DNA from: a virus | Length of the DNA stretch: 43,487 nucleotides | Reading direction: 5' to 3' (one strand) | IMG/VR virus record: IMGVR_UViG_3300045988_009884 | Part shown: piece by piece, positions 1-7,970 of the stretch | Numbering within the stretch: position 1 is the first letter of the stretch | How the letters are laid out: every line of letters starts with the position of its first letter | Made by a program: the position numbers and the translations under genes | The notes under the pieces: generated by a model | Seen by the model: only the letters and a program-made list of their open reading frames with translations | The model's database searches: none | Told to the model about the DNA's origin: nothing

Positions 1-55
1 TAGTGATAGTGATAGTGATAGTGATAGTGATAGTGATAGTGATAGTGATAGTGAT
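1..55 (+). repeat. (TAGTGA)n hexanucleotide tandem array, about 9 units; same array as 43435..43487
   Basis: Perfect tandem hexamers read directly. In frame 2 they encode (Ser-Asp)n. Confidence 0.95.
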
Positions 56-706
56 GCAAGTAAACTTGCAGATAAAAATAAACCTTCTAAAGAAGGTATT
101 CAGAGTGCATCGGTCAAGACCGAAACACCCGGTGGCGGCAAGGGTTCAAAATCTCAAAGAATAAACTACGCAGCCGTCAAGGAATACTGGAACCGCAAGC
201 ATGATGAGACGAGGAGTGCGATGCCGCCTATTACGCTCATGACCGAGAACCGCAAGGTGATGGTTAAGGCAAGGTTCCGTCAATGCAATGGAGACATGAA
301 CACCCTGTTCAAGGCGATTGACATTGCGATGGCGTCTGACTTCATGAACGGCAACAATAAGCACGGGTGGCTCGGAAAGTTCGATTGGATATTCGGTAAT
401 GAGCAGAACTTCGCAAAGGTACTGGAAGGAAACTTTAACAACGAGCCTGCAAGCCAGCAGCCGGGCAACGGTAATATTGCTGCCGCTCCTTCATCAGATG
501 GCCGTGAGAGCATCGGAGAGCGATGGAAGAAAGAAACCTTGCAGGCTCCTGTTACTGAGAATAAGGATGCGAAATTCCTTTGCGTCATTAATCAGGTGCT
601 TGCGGATCTGAAAAAGAATCCGAATAACATTCCGGCTAGACAATCAATGATGAGATACTACGAGAAAGGAATCCTGCGGCGTCTTGGCATCGACTGGAAG
701 CCTTGA
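1..706 (+). CDS. 3' part of a wrap-around gene: replication-organizer-like protein with an internal (Ser-Asp)n linker (5' part at 43102..43487)
   Basis: Frame 2 is open from base 2 to the stop at 704..706. The track ORF 221..706 is only the part after the first internal ATG. The C-terminal region (NYAAVKEYWN..., WLGKFDWIFGNEQNF) resembles DnaD/phage replisome-organizer-type domains from memory only. Confidence 0.65.
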   Translation, partial: SDSDSDSDSDSDSDSDSDASKLADKNKPSKEGIQSASVKTETPGGGKGSKSQRINYAAVKEYWNRKHDETRSAMPPITLMTENRKVMVKARFRQCNGDMNTLFKAIDIAMASDFMNGNNKHGWLGKFDWIFGNEQNFAKVLEGNFNNEPASQQPGNGNIAAAPSSDGRESIGERWKKETLQAPVTENKDAKFLCVINQVLADLKKNPNNIPARQSMMRYYEKGILRRLGIDWKP

Positions 707-810
707 TATAATCACGAATGAGGGCGAATATTTCGCGCATGCGGGGTGTTCGTTCCTCAATCGGTAAATTGCACAACAGATAAATAATAAACACTTTAAA
801 CGAAAGAATT

Positions 811-1029
811 ATGGCAGAAGAAGTAATTGTAATTAATGAACCTAACGAATTAAGCAGGGATTTCGAGGAAGGTACGATTCTGAATGTAGAAGACAAGGTT
901 CTCAAAGTTGAGAAAGATACTCGTGACGAAAGTGGCTGCGATGTGTGTGCCCTTGATAAAGAGGAACTGGGCGAGTATTGTGCTTGCGCATTTTGTGCTG
1001 AGTGTCACTTTATAGAGATTACGCTATGA
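811..1029 (+). CDS. Hypothetical small Cys-rich protein (CxxC...CxCxxCxxC)
   Basis: 72-aa ORF, ATGA-coupled to the next gene. Six Cys in the C-terminal 25 residues suggest a zinc-binding module. Confidence 0.5.
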   Translation: MAEEVIVINEPNELSRDFEEGTILNVEDKVLKVEKDTRDESGCDVCALDKEELGEYCACAFCAECHFIEITL

Positions 1030-1508
1030 ACGAGTTGTTTTTCCACGAATGCAGAGCCGCTGGGCTCGTATTCAAGACATCGAACGACTGGTTCAAGTGG
1101 CTGACCGATAACGGCTACGACATCAAGAAGCCGGTCGCAGAGCACGAAGGCTTCCAGTACAATATCAAGGATGAGTGCATCAATCCTCACGTAATCGAAT
1201 ATTCCATTGAGGATGCAGATAACTGGGGATGGAAGGTAATGACTGCCAACACCCAGTTCGGCTGGATATGGGGGTACAGTATTCAGAAGGGAAATTCCGA
1301 GTACGACAGCCCTGTTGCCTATCCGAGCAGATATGATGAACTCGGCATCTTCTACGGCAAGGAAAAAGAAGCAGTTCAAGATGCTCTGACCTGCATCATC
1401 GGAGACCTTGCGAAGAAGGCTGGAACGAAGTACATTAACCTTCTCATCTGGGCGGCTAAGAAGAAGCGGGCAGACATCATTCATCCGCAACAGGAACTTT
1501 TTAGATAG
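1026..1508 (+). CDS. Hypothetical protein
   Basis: In-frame ATG at 1026 overlaps the upstream stop (ATGA). The track ORF 1002..1508 has the same frame. Confidence 0.6.
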   Translation: MNELFFHECRAAGLVFKTSNDWFKWLTDNGYDIKKPVAEHEGFQYNIKDECINPHVIEYSIEDADNWGWKVMTANTQFGWIWGYSIQKGNSEYDSPVAYPSRYDELGIFYGKEKEAVQDALTCIIGDLAKKAGTKYINLLIWAAKKKRADIIHPQQELFR

Positions 1509-1529
1509 TTATGATAAACCGTATTGGCT

Positions 1530-1685
1530 ATGAACAGAGTTGATATAAAACTGGTCCGTGAGTGTGGGCTTCATCATCTGTCAGTTGGATATGATGACAT
1601 CTGGCTGGCAGATGATGAAATCAAGGCTCTCGAATGTATCCTCAAAGATTACAATGCGGACCCGAACAATTTTAAACGCAGATAA
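1530..1685 (+). CDS. Hypothetical 51-aa protein (tandem paralog of 1689..1814?)
   Basis: Hand-translated as MNRVDIKLVRECGLHHLSVGYDDIWLADDEIKALECILKDY.... It fills a gap on the coding strand and shares a V-G-x-x-D-[IF]-W-L-[AD] motif with the next small ORF. Confidence 0.3.
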   Translation: MNRVDIKLVRECGLHHLSVGYDDIWLADDEIKALECILKDYNADPNNFKRR

Positions 1686-1688
1686 GAA

Positions 1689-1814
1689 ATGAAGAAGATA
1701 GAAATCATCAATGACAATCATCATCATCACGTATACGTTGGCAACACCGACTTCTGGCTCGATACAATGGAGCTGATTGAGCTATACAAGAAACTCGGAC
1801 AAGAGAAATTATAA
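1689..1814 (+). CDS. Hypothetical 41-aa protein with a His4 run
   Basis: Hand-translated as MKKIEIINDNHHHHVYVGNTDFWLDTMELIELYKKLGQEKL. Begins 3 nt after the preceding stop. Confidence 0.3.
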   Translation: MKKIEIINDNHHHHVYVGNTDFWLDTMELIELYKKLGQEKL

Positions 1815-1834
1815 ACAATAAAAACATTCAGACA

Positions 1835-3100
1835 ATGGAACAGAAAGATATTGATATTTACGAGATACTCAAAGATGAAGAGCGTGGTACAGAGCTATAC
1901 ACGCCAATATGTGGAAGGGTGTGGCACAGTGGAATGGCAAACGACAAGGACAGTGCGAAAGCAATCTGGACTGAGGACGAAGCTGGAAGAGAACACTTTT
2001 TCGACAAGAACGGAAAAGTCTCTAAAGAAGGAGAAGTTCTGCTCTTCCCTTCCAACGAAATGAGAGACTGGAACAAGTTCTTCAAGAAGGGAGACGTGCT
2101 CGTTCACAGAAACGGAGACGTACATGTTATCTTTGAAGGGTTTAAAGATAATTGCTACACAAGATTTAATTGCAAGCATTATCTTTGGAAAGAATATTTC
2201 GAAGATTATAGCAAAGAAAAATCCGAAATGATAACTTTTCTGTTTAATAAAGTTAGCGATGATGAAGCCAAGACATACATCAACACTATTGAGAAATTTT
2301 TGGGTGGCAAGTTGAACCGTGATACTCTGGAGATAGAGAATCCAGAGTTCAAGGATGGGGATGTTTTGTTCGTGAAATGTAAGGGCAGTGCTTTTATCGA
2401 AATCTTTAATTACTCTAAAAAGAATGGTGACTTATACGACCACGCTTCACTAGACACTACAACACATGAATTAGATATTAGTGGTGAATATAAAATATTC
2501 AAAGAGAATATCGTAGAAATTCGCCTTGCCACAGAAGAAGAGAAAAAACAGTTCTTCTCAGCTCTCGAAAAGGAAGGCAAACGATGGGATGCTGAGAAGA
2601 AGCAGATTGTTGACTTGAAGCCAACGTTTGAAATTGGTAAACTCTACGTTTTTAACGAGGAAGACGAGGACGGAGAGCTGGCAATTATAGGCGAACTTAT
2701 CGCCAAGAACGAAAGCGAGGACACGCTGACATTCGGCAACCAGTATGAGATTGAGACCGAGAATTTCGTGACCGACCAAGCCTTCGACCTGCGTATCAGC
2801 GTTAACAAGGAACTTCGAGAAGCGACAGAGAACGAAGTCGAACTGTTCAACAAACATTACGCCATCTGGAAGAAAGAGAAGGAGCAGCCTTGCTTCAAGA
2901 CCTTTGACAAGGTGCTGGTAAGGGATGGGGATAACGACAAATGGAATCCAGCCATCTTTATCGAATGCCAGTCTGGCGGGCAGTTCTCTGCCTTCAGTAT
3001 AACAGACGGCAACTCCTATCCGTTCAATCATTGCATACCGTTTGACGGTCACGAGTATCTGACAGGAACGAAACTTCCGGCAGATCATCTTCCGTATTAG
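1835..3100 (+). CDS. Hypothetical 421-aa protein with repeated F-K-x-G-D-V-L-type modules
   Basis: Long ORF. Repeated motifs are FKKGDVLVHRNGD, FKDGDVLFVKCKG, FEIGKLYVFNEED and FKTFDKVLVRDGD. Confidence 0.7.
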   Translation: MEQKDIDIYEILKDEERGTELYTPICGRVWHSGMANDKDSAKAIWTEDEAGREHFFDKNGKVSKEGEVLLFPSNEMRDWNKFFKKGDVLVHRNGDVHVIFEGFKDNCYTRFNCKHYLWKEYFEDYSKEKSEMITFLFNKVSDDEAKTYINTIEKFLGGKLNRDTLEIENPEFKDGDVLFVKCKGSAFIEIFNYSKKNGDLYDHASLDTTTHELDISGEYKIFKENIVEIRLATEEEKKQFFSALEKEGKRWDAEKKQIVDLKPTFEIGKLYVFNEEDEDGELAIIGELIAKNESEDTLTFGNQYEIETENFVTDQAFDLRISVNKELREATENEVELFNKHYAIWKKEKEQPCFKTFDKVLVRDGDNDKWNPAIFIECQSGGQFSAFSITDGNSYPFNHCIPFDGHEYLTGTKLPADHLPY

Positions 3101-3103
3101 TCT

Positions 3104-3313
3104 ATGGCGAGTGAACTTTGCAAGGCTTGCGATGCCGGGCGAAACTGCTTAAATGGGCTATACTGCTCGGCACGCAAGCAATATGTAGAACATCAGGTAA
3201 TACGCAAATGCAATGAGCGATTTCGCAACAAGGGAGAAGAACAGAACGTACTACCAGGAACACCGGGAACAGATTCTCAGAGCCACGAAGGAGTGGAGAA
3301 AGAGAAACCGTGA
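3104..3313 (+). CDS. Hypothetical protein; only the first ~36 codons (Cys-rich, CKACDAGRNCLNGLYC) look genuinely coding
   Basis: ORF starts 4 nt after the previous stop. The distal part overlaps 3213..3458 by 101 nt and looks like an out-of-frame translation. Confidence 0.3.
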   Translation: MASELCKACDAGRNCLNGLYCSARKQYVEHQVIRKCNERFRNKGEEQNVLPGTPGTDSQSHEGVEKEKP

Positions 3314-3458
3314 GAAATACCGGGCGTATCAAAAGGAGTACTGGAGCAAGCACTACCGGAACTACGGTACCAAGAACCGGGTAGCCGACAGGGCGATGCG
3401 TGAGAGGAAGAAGCCGGACGTAGAGAAGGTTCTTTCCATGTTCAAGAATCCGCAATAG
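3213..3458 (+). CDS. Hypothetical basic protein with K/R-x-Y/W-heptad-like repeats
   Basis: 81-aa ORF (REKNRTYYQEHREQILRATKEWRKRNREKYRAYQKEYW). Composition is typical of a real helical, basic nucleic-acid-binding protein. Confidence 0.5.
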   Translation: MSDFATREKNRTYYQEHREQILRATKEWRKRNREKYRAYQKEYWSKHYRNYGTKNRVADRAMRERKKPDVEKVLSMFKNPQ

Positions 3459-3990
3459 GCAGCGCATCTGGCATGGCTGCTCGAAAACAAAAAGAATAAT
3501 CGGTCGTGAGTTCATAAATAGAGTTTTTAACCAGCGAGGACAGAAGGGGGATAGGCTCTTATATATCGGCAACGTAATAAAGTCTTATAACATCTTGAAA
3601 TTACATACGAGAGCCGGAAACGCATCTCCTGAAGTCTGACATCTAAACGAAGAAAGCGAGGTGGTACATGAAGAAGTAGAAAGAAGACGATGATATAATT
3701 TAATTATGCTTTTATCCTACGGCTGGCTGGGAAAGAAGGTAGTGTCTGCATCATATACATTTATTGTTATTCATTTATTTTGCAACCGCAGACAAGTTCC
3801 GGAATCCCTGCCAGCTTTCTTTATCGCTCAGAAACAAGGGAAAGAAAAGGGGTAGGGGATAAGATAGAGATAATAACGTGTGTATGCGTGTGTGCGCGCA
3901 CGAAAGAGTGTTGGATGATAAACTATACCAGCAAAACAAAATAAACGCTTATGCGTGAAATTCGAACAAAATAAAGTACTTCAAAGAAAA

Positions 3991-4539
3991 ATGGAAAAAG
4001 GAACAGTTATAATTGGAATTGACCCCGACAACCAGGAAAGCGGTGTTGGTGCAGTCTTCGATGATAGAACATTCTTAGCCTACAAGATGGAGTTCCCGGC
4101 TATGATTGATTATCTCAGAGCTATGAACGAGAGTTGTAAAAAGGTCAAGGTCGTTATTGAAGGCGGCTGGCTTAACAAGAGCAACTGGCATGTGCTGGGT
4201 CGATACATGAGTGCAGTCAAGGCAGCAGCAATCGGACGATCAACCGGAATGAACCATCAGACAGGAATCCTCATCGTTGAATGCTGCAAGCATTACAATA
4301 TTCCCTACGAAATTATCAAGCCATTGAAAAAATGTTGGAAGGGGAAGGACGGAAAAGTCACACAAGACGAACTCGCCTACTTCATGAGTTCAGACGGTAA
4401 GATGCCGAGAATGAACCAAGACCAGAGAGACGCCCTTCTGCTTGCATGGATGTGCGCAGGGTATACGGTTAAGGTCAAGCCTATCGGGCAAAAGAAGGAG
4501 AGTGTCTTGAAGAGAACGATTGGCAGCTTCGACAAGTGA
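3991..4539 (+). CDS. RuvC-like Holliday junction resolvase (putative)
   Basis: N-terminal VIIGIDPD, then VVIEGGW, then a C-terminal QDQRDALLLAW acidic motif, matching the RuvC/RNase H-fold catalytic layout. ATG 3991 is preferred over the track GTG 3955. Confidence 0.6.
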   Translation: MEKGTVIIGIDPDNQESGVGAVFDDRTFLAYKMEFPAMIDYLRAMNESCKKVKVVIEGGWLNKSNWHVLGRYMSAVKAAAIGRSTGMNHQTGILIVECCKHYNIPYEIIKPLKKCWKGKDGKVTQDELAYFMSSDGKMPRMNQDQRDALLLAWMCAGYTVKVKPIGQKKESVLKRTIGSFDK

Positions 4540-4604
4540 GCCGACTGAAACGATAATAAACGTTAAATATTATTCTGAACACTAACAAAGTGAACGAAAA
4601 GTCG

Positions 4605-4612
4605 TATCTTTG
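4605..4612 (+). promoter_or_regulatory. Bacteroidota -7 promoter motif TAnnTTTG (TATCTTTG)
   Basis: Exact consensus, 46 nt upstream of ATG 4658, in an intergenic gap. Confidence 0.55.
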
Positions 4613-4657
4613 CCGAGGTGTTTGAATTACGGACACAAAAACTTAATACAATTGCAG

Positions 4658-5539
4658 ATGAAAACAGAAGAAATCAAGCTATCTCAGATTACCGAGAATG
4701 CCGGGAACCCGAGAACAATCACGGAGGAGAAGTTCAAGAAGTTAGTCAAGAGCCTTCTCGTTTTTCCTCGTATGCTTTCCCTTCGTCCGATTGTGGTTGA
4801 CAGCCAGATGAACGTCTTGGGTGGCAACATGAGAACGAGGGCACTCTGCCACATCGTGAGCATGACATCAGAAAACATCAAGGACGTTCTCGACACAGAC
4901 CAGCGGCTGACCGATTCAGAGAAGCGGTTAATCGCCCGCTATTGGAGCCTGTGGAAGGAGCAGCCAACTGCAACCGTCGTCATGGCATCAGACCTCACGG
5001 AAGCACAGAAGAAGGAGTTCATCATTAAGGACAATGTAGGCTTCGGAGACTGGGATGCCAACATGTTAGCCAACGACTGGGATACCGATGCGCTCAAAGA
5101 TTGGGGCATGGAAGACTGGCAGCTCGAAGGTAAGAATCCTGCAGAAGAGGAGAATGGGGGGGCAGACGATAATTCTGATAATAACTACGAGAGAAAGATT
5201 GTCGCTCCTATCTACGAGCCGCAGGATGGGGATATTTCCATCGGTGACTGCTACGATACCAGCAAGACAGATTCTCTCATTTCTGCAATTGAGGATTCTC
5301 CGGATCTGGACGAGCCAACGAAAGCATTCTTGAAGGTGGCAGCATACCGCCATGTAAAGTTCAACTACGAGAAGGTGGCCGACTTCTATGCGAAGGCACC
5401 GGAAGAGGTTCAGAAGTTCATGGAAGATTCTGCCTTGGTTATTGTTGATATCGACAAGGCTATTGAAGACGGATTCGTGAAGATATCGAAAGACTTCATG
5501 GAACAATACGGAAAGGAACATGGAAATGACGCAGAATGA
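4658..5539 (+). CDS. ParB-like N-terminal (ParB/Srx fold) domain protein with an acidic C-terminal region
   Basis: IKLSQITENAGNPRTI ... LRPIVVDSQMNVLGGNMRTRAL matches the ParB nuclease-like domain motifs. ATG 4658 lies downstream of the promoter motif. Confidence 0.65.
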   Translation: MKTEEIKLSQITENAGNPRTITEEKFKKLVKSLLVFPRMLSLRPIVVDSQMNVLGGNMRTRALCHIVSMTSENIKDVLDTDQRLTDSEKRLIARYWSLWKEQPTATVVMASDLTEAQKKEFIIKDNVGFGDWDANMLANDWDTDALKDWGMEDWQLEGKNPAEEENGGADDNSDNNYERKIVAPIYEPQDGDISIGDCYDTSKTDSLISAIEDSPDLDEPTKAFLKVAAYRHVKFNYEKVADFYAKAPEEVQKFMEDSALVIVDIDKAIEDGFVKISKDFMEQYGKEHGNDAE

Positions 5540-6395
5540 ATTCAGAGATAATTTTGTCGCCTTCATCCTTACGCATGGACGTGCTGACAACGTAATGACA
5601 TACAAGACTGCAAGGAAGGCTGGATATACTGGCCGCATCGTGCTGGTGTTGGATGATGAGGACGAGCAATTGGAACAGTACTTCGCCATCTATGGCAAGG
5701 AAAACTGCTACGTCTTCAACAAGCAGAAATATATCGATGCTTGCGATGCAATCCAGAAGGGAGACCGTCGCTGCATCCTGTACGCGAGAAACGCATGTTT
5801 CGATATTGCCCAGGAGCTCGGATATAAGTACTTCATCGAACTCGATGATGATTACGTACAAATGTCGTTTACGTTTACAAATACAGGCAAGGTAAAGCAG
5901 CGTTCAATCAACAATCTCAACTTCATATGGAGAAGAATGCTGGAGTATTTTATTTCATGCCCACGGATAACATGTATTGCAATGGCGCAGAGGGGTGATT
6001 TTATTGGCGGGGCTGCTAATAATATGCTAAAGCAGATAGGAAGCAAGAGAAAGGCAATGAATACGATGATATGCTCAGTAGAAAGACGCTTCGAATTTAA
6101 AGGCCGGTACAACGATGATGTTAACACGTATACCAGATTGTCGCAGCAGGGATATATCTTTCTCACTCTGGTGCAGGTTGCAATTAATCAAGAGCAATCG
6201 CAAAAGAATGAAGGTGGAATGACAGAAGTATACAAGGCTGACGGGACGTATTCGAAGAGTTTTAGTTCTGTTGTCGTGTGCCCTTCTGCCGTGAAATTGG
6301 CGATGATGGGATGGAAAGAGAAACGTCTGCATCATAACGTTGACTGGAAGTACGTTGCACCGAAAATTATAGACGCTAAATATAAAAAGTTATGA
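5520..6395 (+). CDS. GT-A (GT2-like) glycosyltransferase-fold protein (putative)
   Basis: AFILTHGR, IVLVLDDEDE, YARNACFDIA and YFIELDDDY parallel the GT2 motifs beta1, DD, ARN and DxD. Overlaps both neighbours. Confidence 0.45.
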   Translation: MEMTQNEFRDNFVAFILTHGRADNVMTYKTARKAGYTGRIVLVLDDEDEQLEQYFAIYGKENCYVFNKQKYIDACDAIQKGDRRCILYARNACFDIAQELGYKYFIELDDDYVQMSFTFTNTGKVKQRSINNLNFIWRRMLEYFISCPRITCIAMAQRGDFIGGAANNMLKQIGSKRKAMNTMICSVERRFEFKGRYNDDVNTYTRLSQQGYIFLTLVQVAINQEQSQKNEGGMTEVYKADGTYSKSFSSVVVCPSAVKLAMMGWKEKRLHHNVDWKYVAPKIIDAKYKKL

Positions 6396-7303
6396 TAAGA
6401 GACAATAAACTTGCTCAGTATTATGAGCGATGCGAGAAGATGGATAAGCCTATCACGGCAGAAATCTTCCTTACTGACTACTGCAATCTTAATTGCAATT
6501 ATTGCCGCTATGCGCACAATACAGGGAAATGGATGCAGTTCAATGATTTTGTTGCTTATGCGACAAGACTGGTTCAGATGGGCGTGAGAGGTATCATCTT
6601 GACTGGTGGCGGTGAGCCTACAATCAATCCTCATTTTGACAAAATTACAGGATGGCTCGAAAGAAACGAAATTCCTTACGGCATCAACACGAACCTAGTT
6701 AACGAAGTTCTCTGCAAGGCTAATTTCGTAAAGGTCAGCATTGATGCCGGAGACAGGGAGAGATACAAGGCTATCCGGGGCAAAGATAAACTTGACGATG
6801 TACTTAATCATCTTCGAGATTTGATTGAGTACAAAAAGCGTTGCGACATCGATATGAAGATAGGGGTACAATGCGTTGCTAGCTTTAATCTGTCAGACGT
6901 AGAATTGTTCTATAACGCGGTTAAATGGCTGGACGTGGACTATATCTATATCAGACCGATTGAATCGCAGAATCGCAAAGGAATGAGTATTGACGAGATA
7001 AAGAAGGTTCTTCCGGCTGAAGATAAGAGAATCGTATATTCATTCAAGTTTGATTTGGTCGACTATCAGCCATCGTGGTGTGTTGCCAACTGGTCCGTGA
7101 TAACTGTCGATGTGGACGGAAATGTGCCGTACTGCTGCCATCGACCTACGGATATTGTCGGACACGTCCTTGATATCAATATCATGGAGAAGAAGAAAAG
7201 CCATCATGTTGACATGAGAGAATGCGAGAAACCATGTAGATTGAGCGGTGCGAATAACTATCTGGAGAGTATATCGTACGAGCGAGATATTGATTTTATC
7301 TAA
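6392..7303 (+). CDS. Radical SAM enzyme with a Cys-rich (SPASM/twitch-like) C-terminal region
   Basis: Canonical CNLNCNYC (CxxxCxxC) near the N-terminus, GGGEPT SAM-binding motif, and C-terminal CCHRP plus CEKPC cysteines. ATGA-coupled to the upstream gene. Confidence 0.85.
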   Translation: MIRDNKLAQYYERCEKMDKPITAEIFLTDYCNLNCNYCRYAHNTGKWMQFNDFVAYATRLVQMGVRGIILTGGGEPTINPHFDKITGWLERNEIPYGINTNLVNEVLCKANFVKVSIDAGDRERYKAIRGKDKLDDVLNHLRDLIEYKKRCDIDMKIGVQCVASFNLSDVELFYNAVKWLDVDYIYIRPIESQNRKGMSIDEIKKVLPAEDKRIVYSFKFDLVDYQPSWCVANWSVITVDVDGNVPYCCHRPTDIVGHVLDINIMEKKKSHHVDMRECEKPCRLSGANNYLESISYERDIDFI

Positions 7304-7314
7304 ATGTTGAAATT

Positions 7315-7917
7315 ATGCCAAGAGGAAACAATAACAGATTGAAGGCGCAGTATTGTGCGAAGGAACAGCGACTGGAAATCGTTGCTCCCTTATGGCGCAG
7401 AAATTACAATTATCGGGAGATACGAGCCGAGGTGATGAAGCGGCTCGACCTTCCATCCTATTCCCTGCAGACCGTGAAGAGAGACGTTGATGCGCTCTTG
7501 AAGGAGTGGAAGGAGAACAGGCTGGAAGATACCGACAAGAGAATATCATCCGAACTTGCACGCATCGACCTCGTAATCAAGGAAGCATGGGAGATGTGGG
7601 AGAAGTCGAAGGAAGACTACGAGAAGAAGAAAGCGAAACAGAAGGGTGTTCCTAAGACTGACGATCAAGGTGTTCAAGTTGGTGTCGTTACCACGTATCA
7701 GGAGATGCAGAATGAAGAATACCGGGCGAGAGGTGATACCAGATATCTTGATATCATCATCCGGTGCATTGAGAGACGATGCAGGCTGCTCGGTCTTGAC
7801 CGGGAATCAATCGATGTGAATCTGGCCGCACAAGGCAAGGTCGAAATCGTATACCGGGATGCTGGTGTTGCCTGTGCTACCAGCGAGGAAGAGGTCAGAC
7901 AGCGAGAAGGTCTTTAG
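7315..7917 (+). CDS. Terminase small subunit (putative)
   Basis: 200-aa ORF directly upstream of the large terminase. N-terminal HTH-like region (YREIRAEVMKRLDLPSYSLQTVKRDV) followed by a charged helical region. Confidence 0.5.
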   Translation: MPRGNNNRLKAQYCAKEQRLEIVAPLWRRNYNYREIRAEVMKRLDLPSYSLQTVKRDVDALLKEWKENRLEDTDKRISSELARIDLVIKEAWEMWEKSKEDYEKKKAKQKGVPKTDDQGVQVGVVTTYQEMQNEEYRARGDTRYLDIIIRCIERRCRLLGLDRESIDVNLAAQGKVEIVYRDAGVACATSEEEVRQREGL

Positions 7918-7970
7918 CTTTATTTTACCATAATATGTTTTAAGTTTTAGTTATTTATTGTTTATCGAAG

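Noticed and set aside
1-55. Terminal tandem repeats as a CRISPR array or as a true phage direct terminal repeat
   Set aside because: The units are contiguous 6-mers with no spacers, so this is not CRISPR. The array is in frame inside an ORF that continues across the junction, so a circular-assembly overlap is the simpler reading. Real terminal redundancy cannot be excluded without reads.
3102-3572. 156-aa minus-strand ORF
   Set aside because: It overlaps the + strand ORFs 3104..3458, has an implausible composition (Pro/Leu/Arg/Cys-rich), and would be the only minus-strand gene in this 36-kb block.
5066-5689. 207-aa minus-strand ORF spanning the ParB-like/glycosyltransferase junction
   Set aside because: It is antisense to two motif-supported + strand genes, so it is a shadow ORF.
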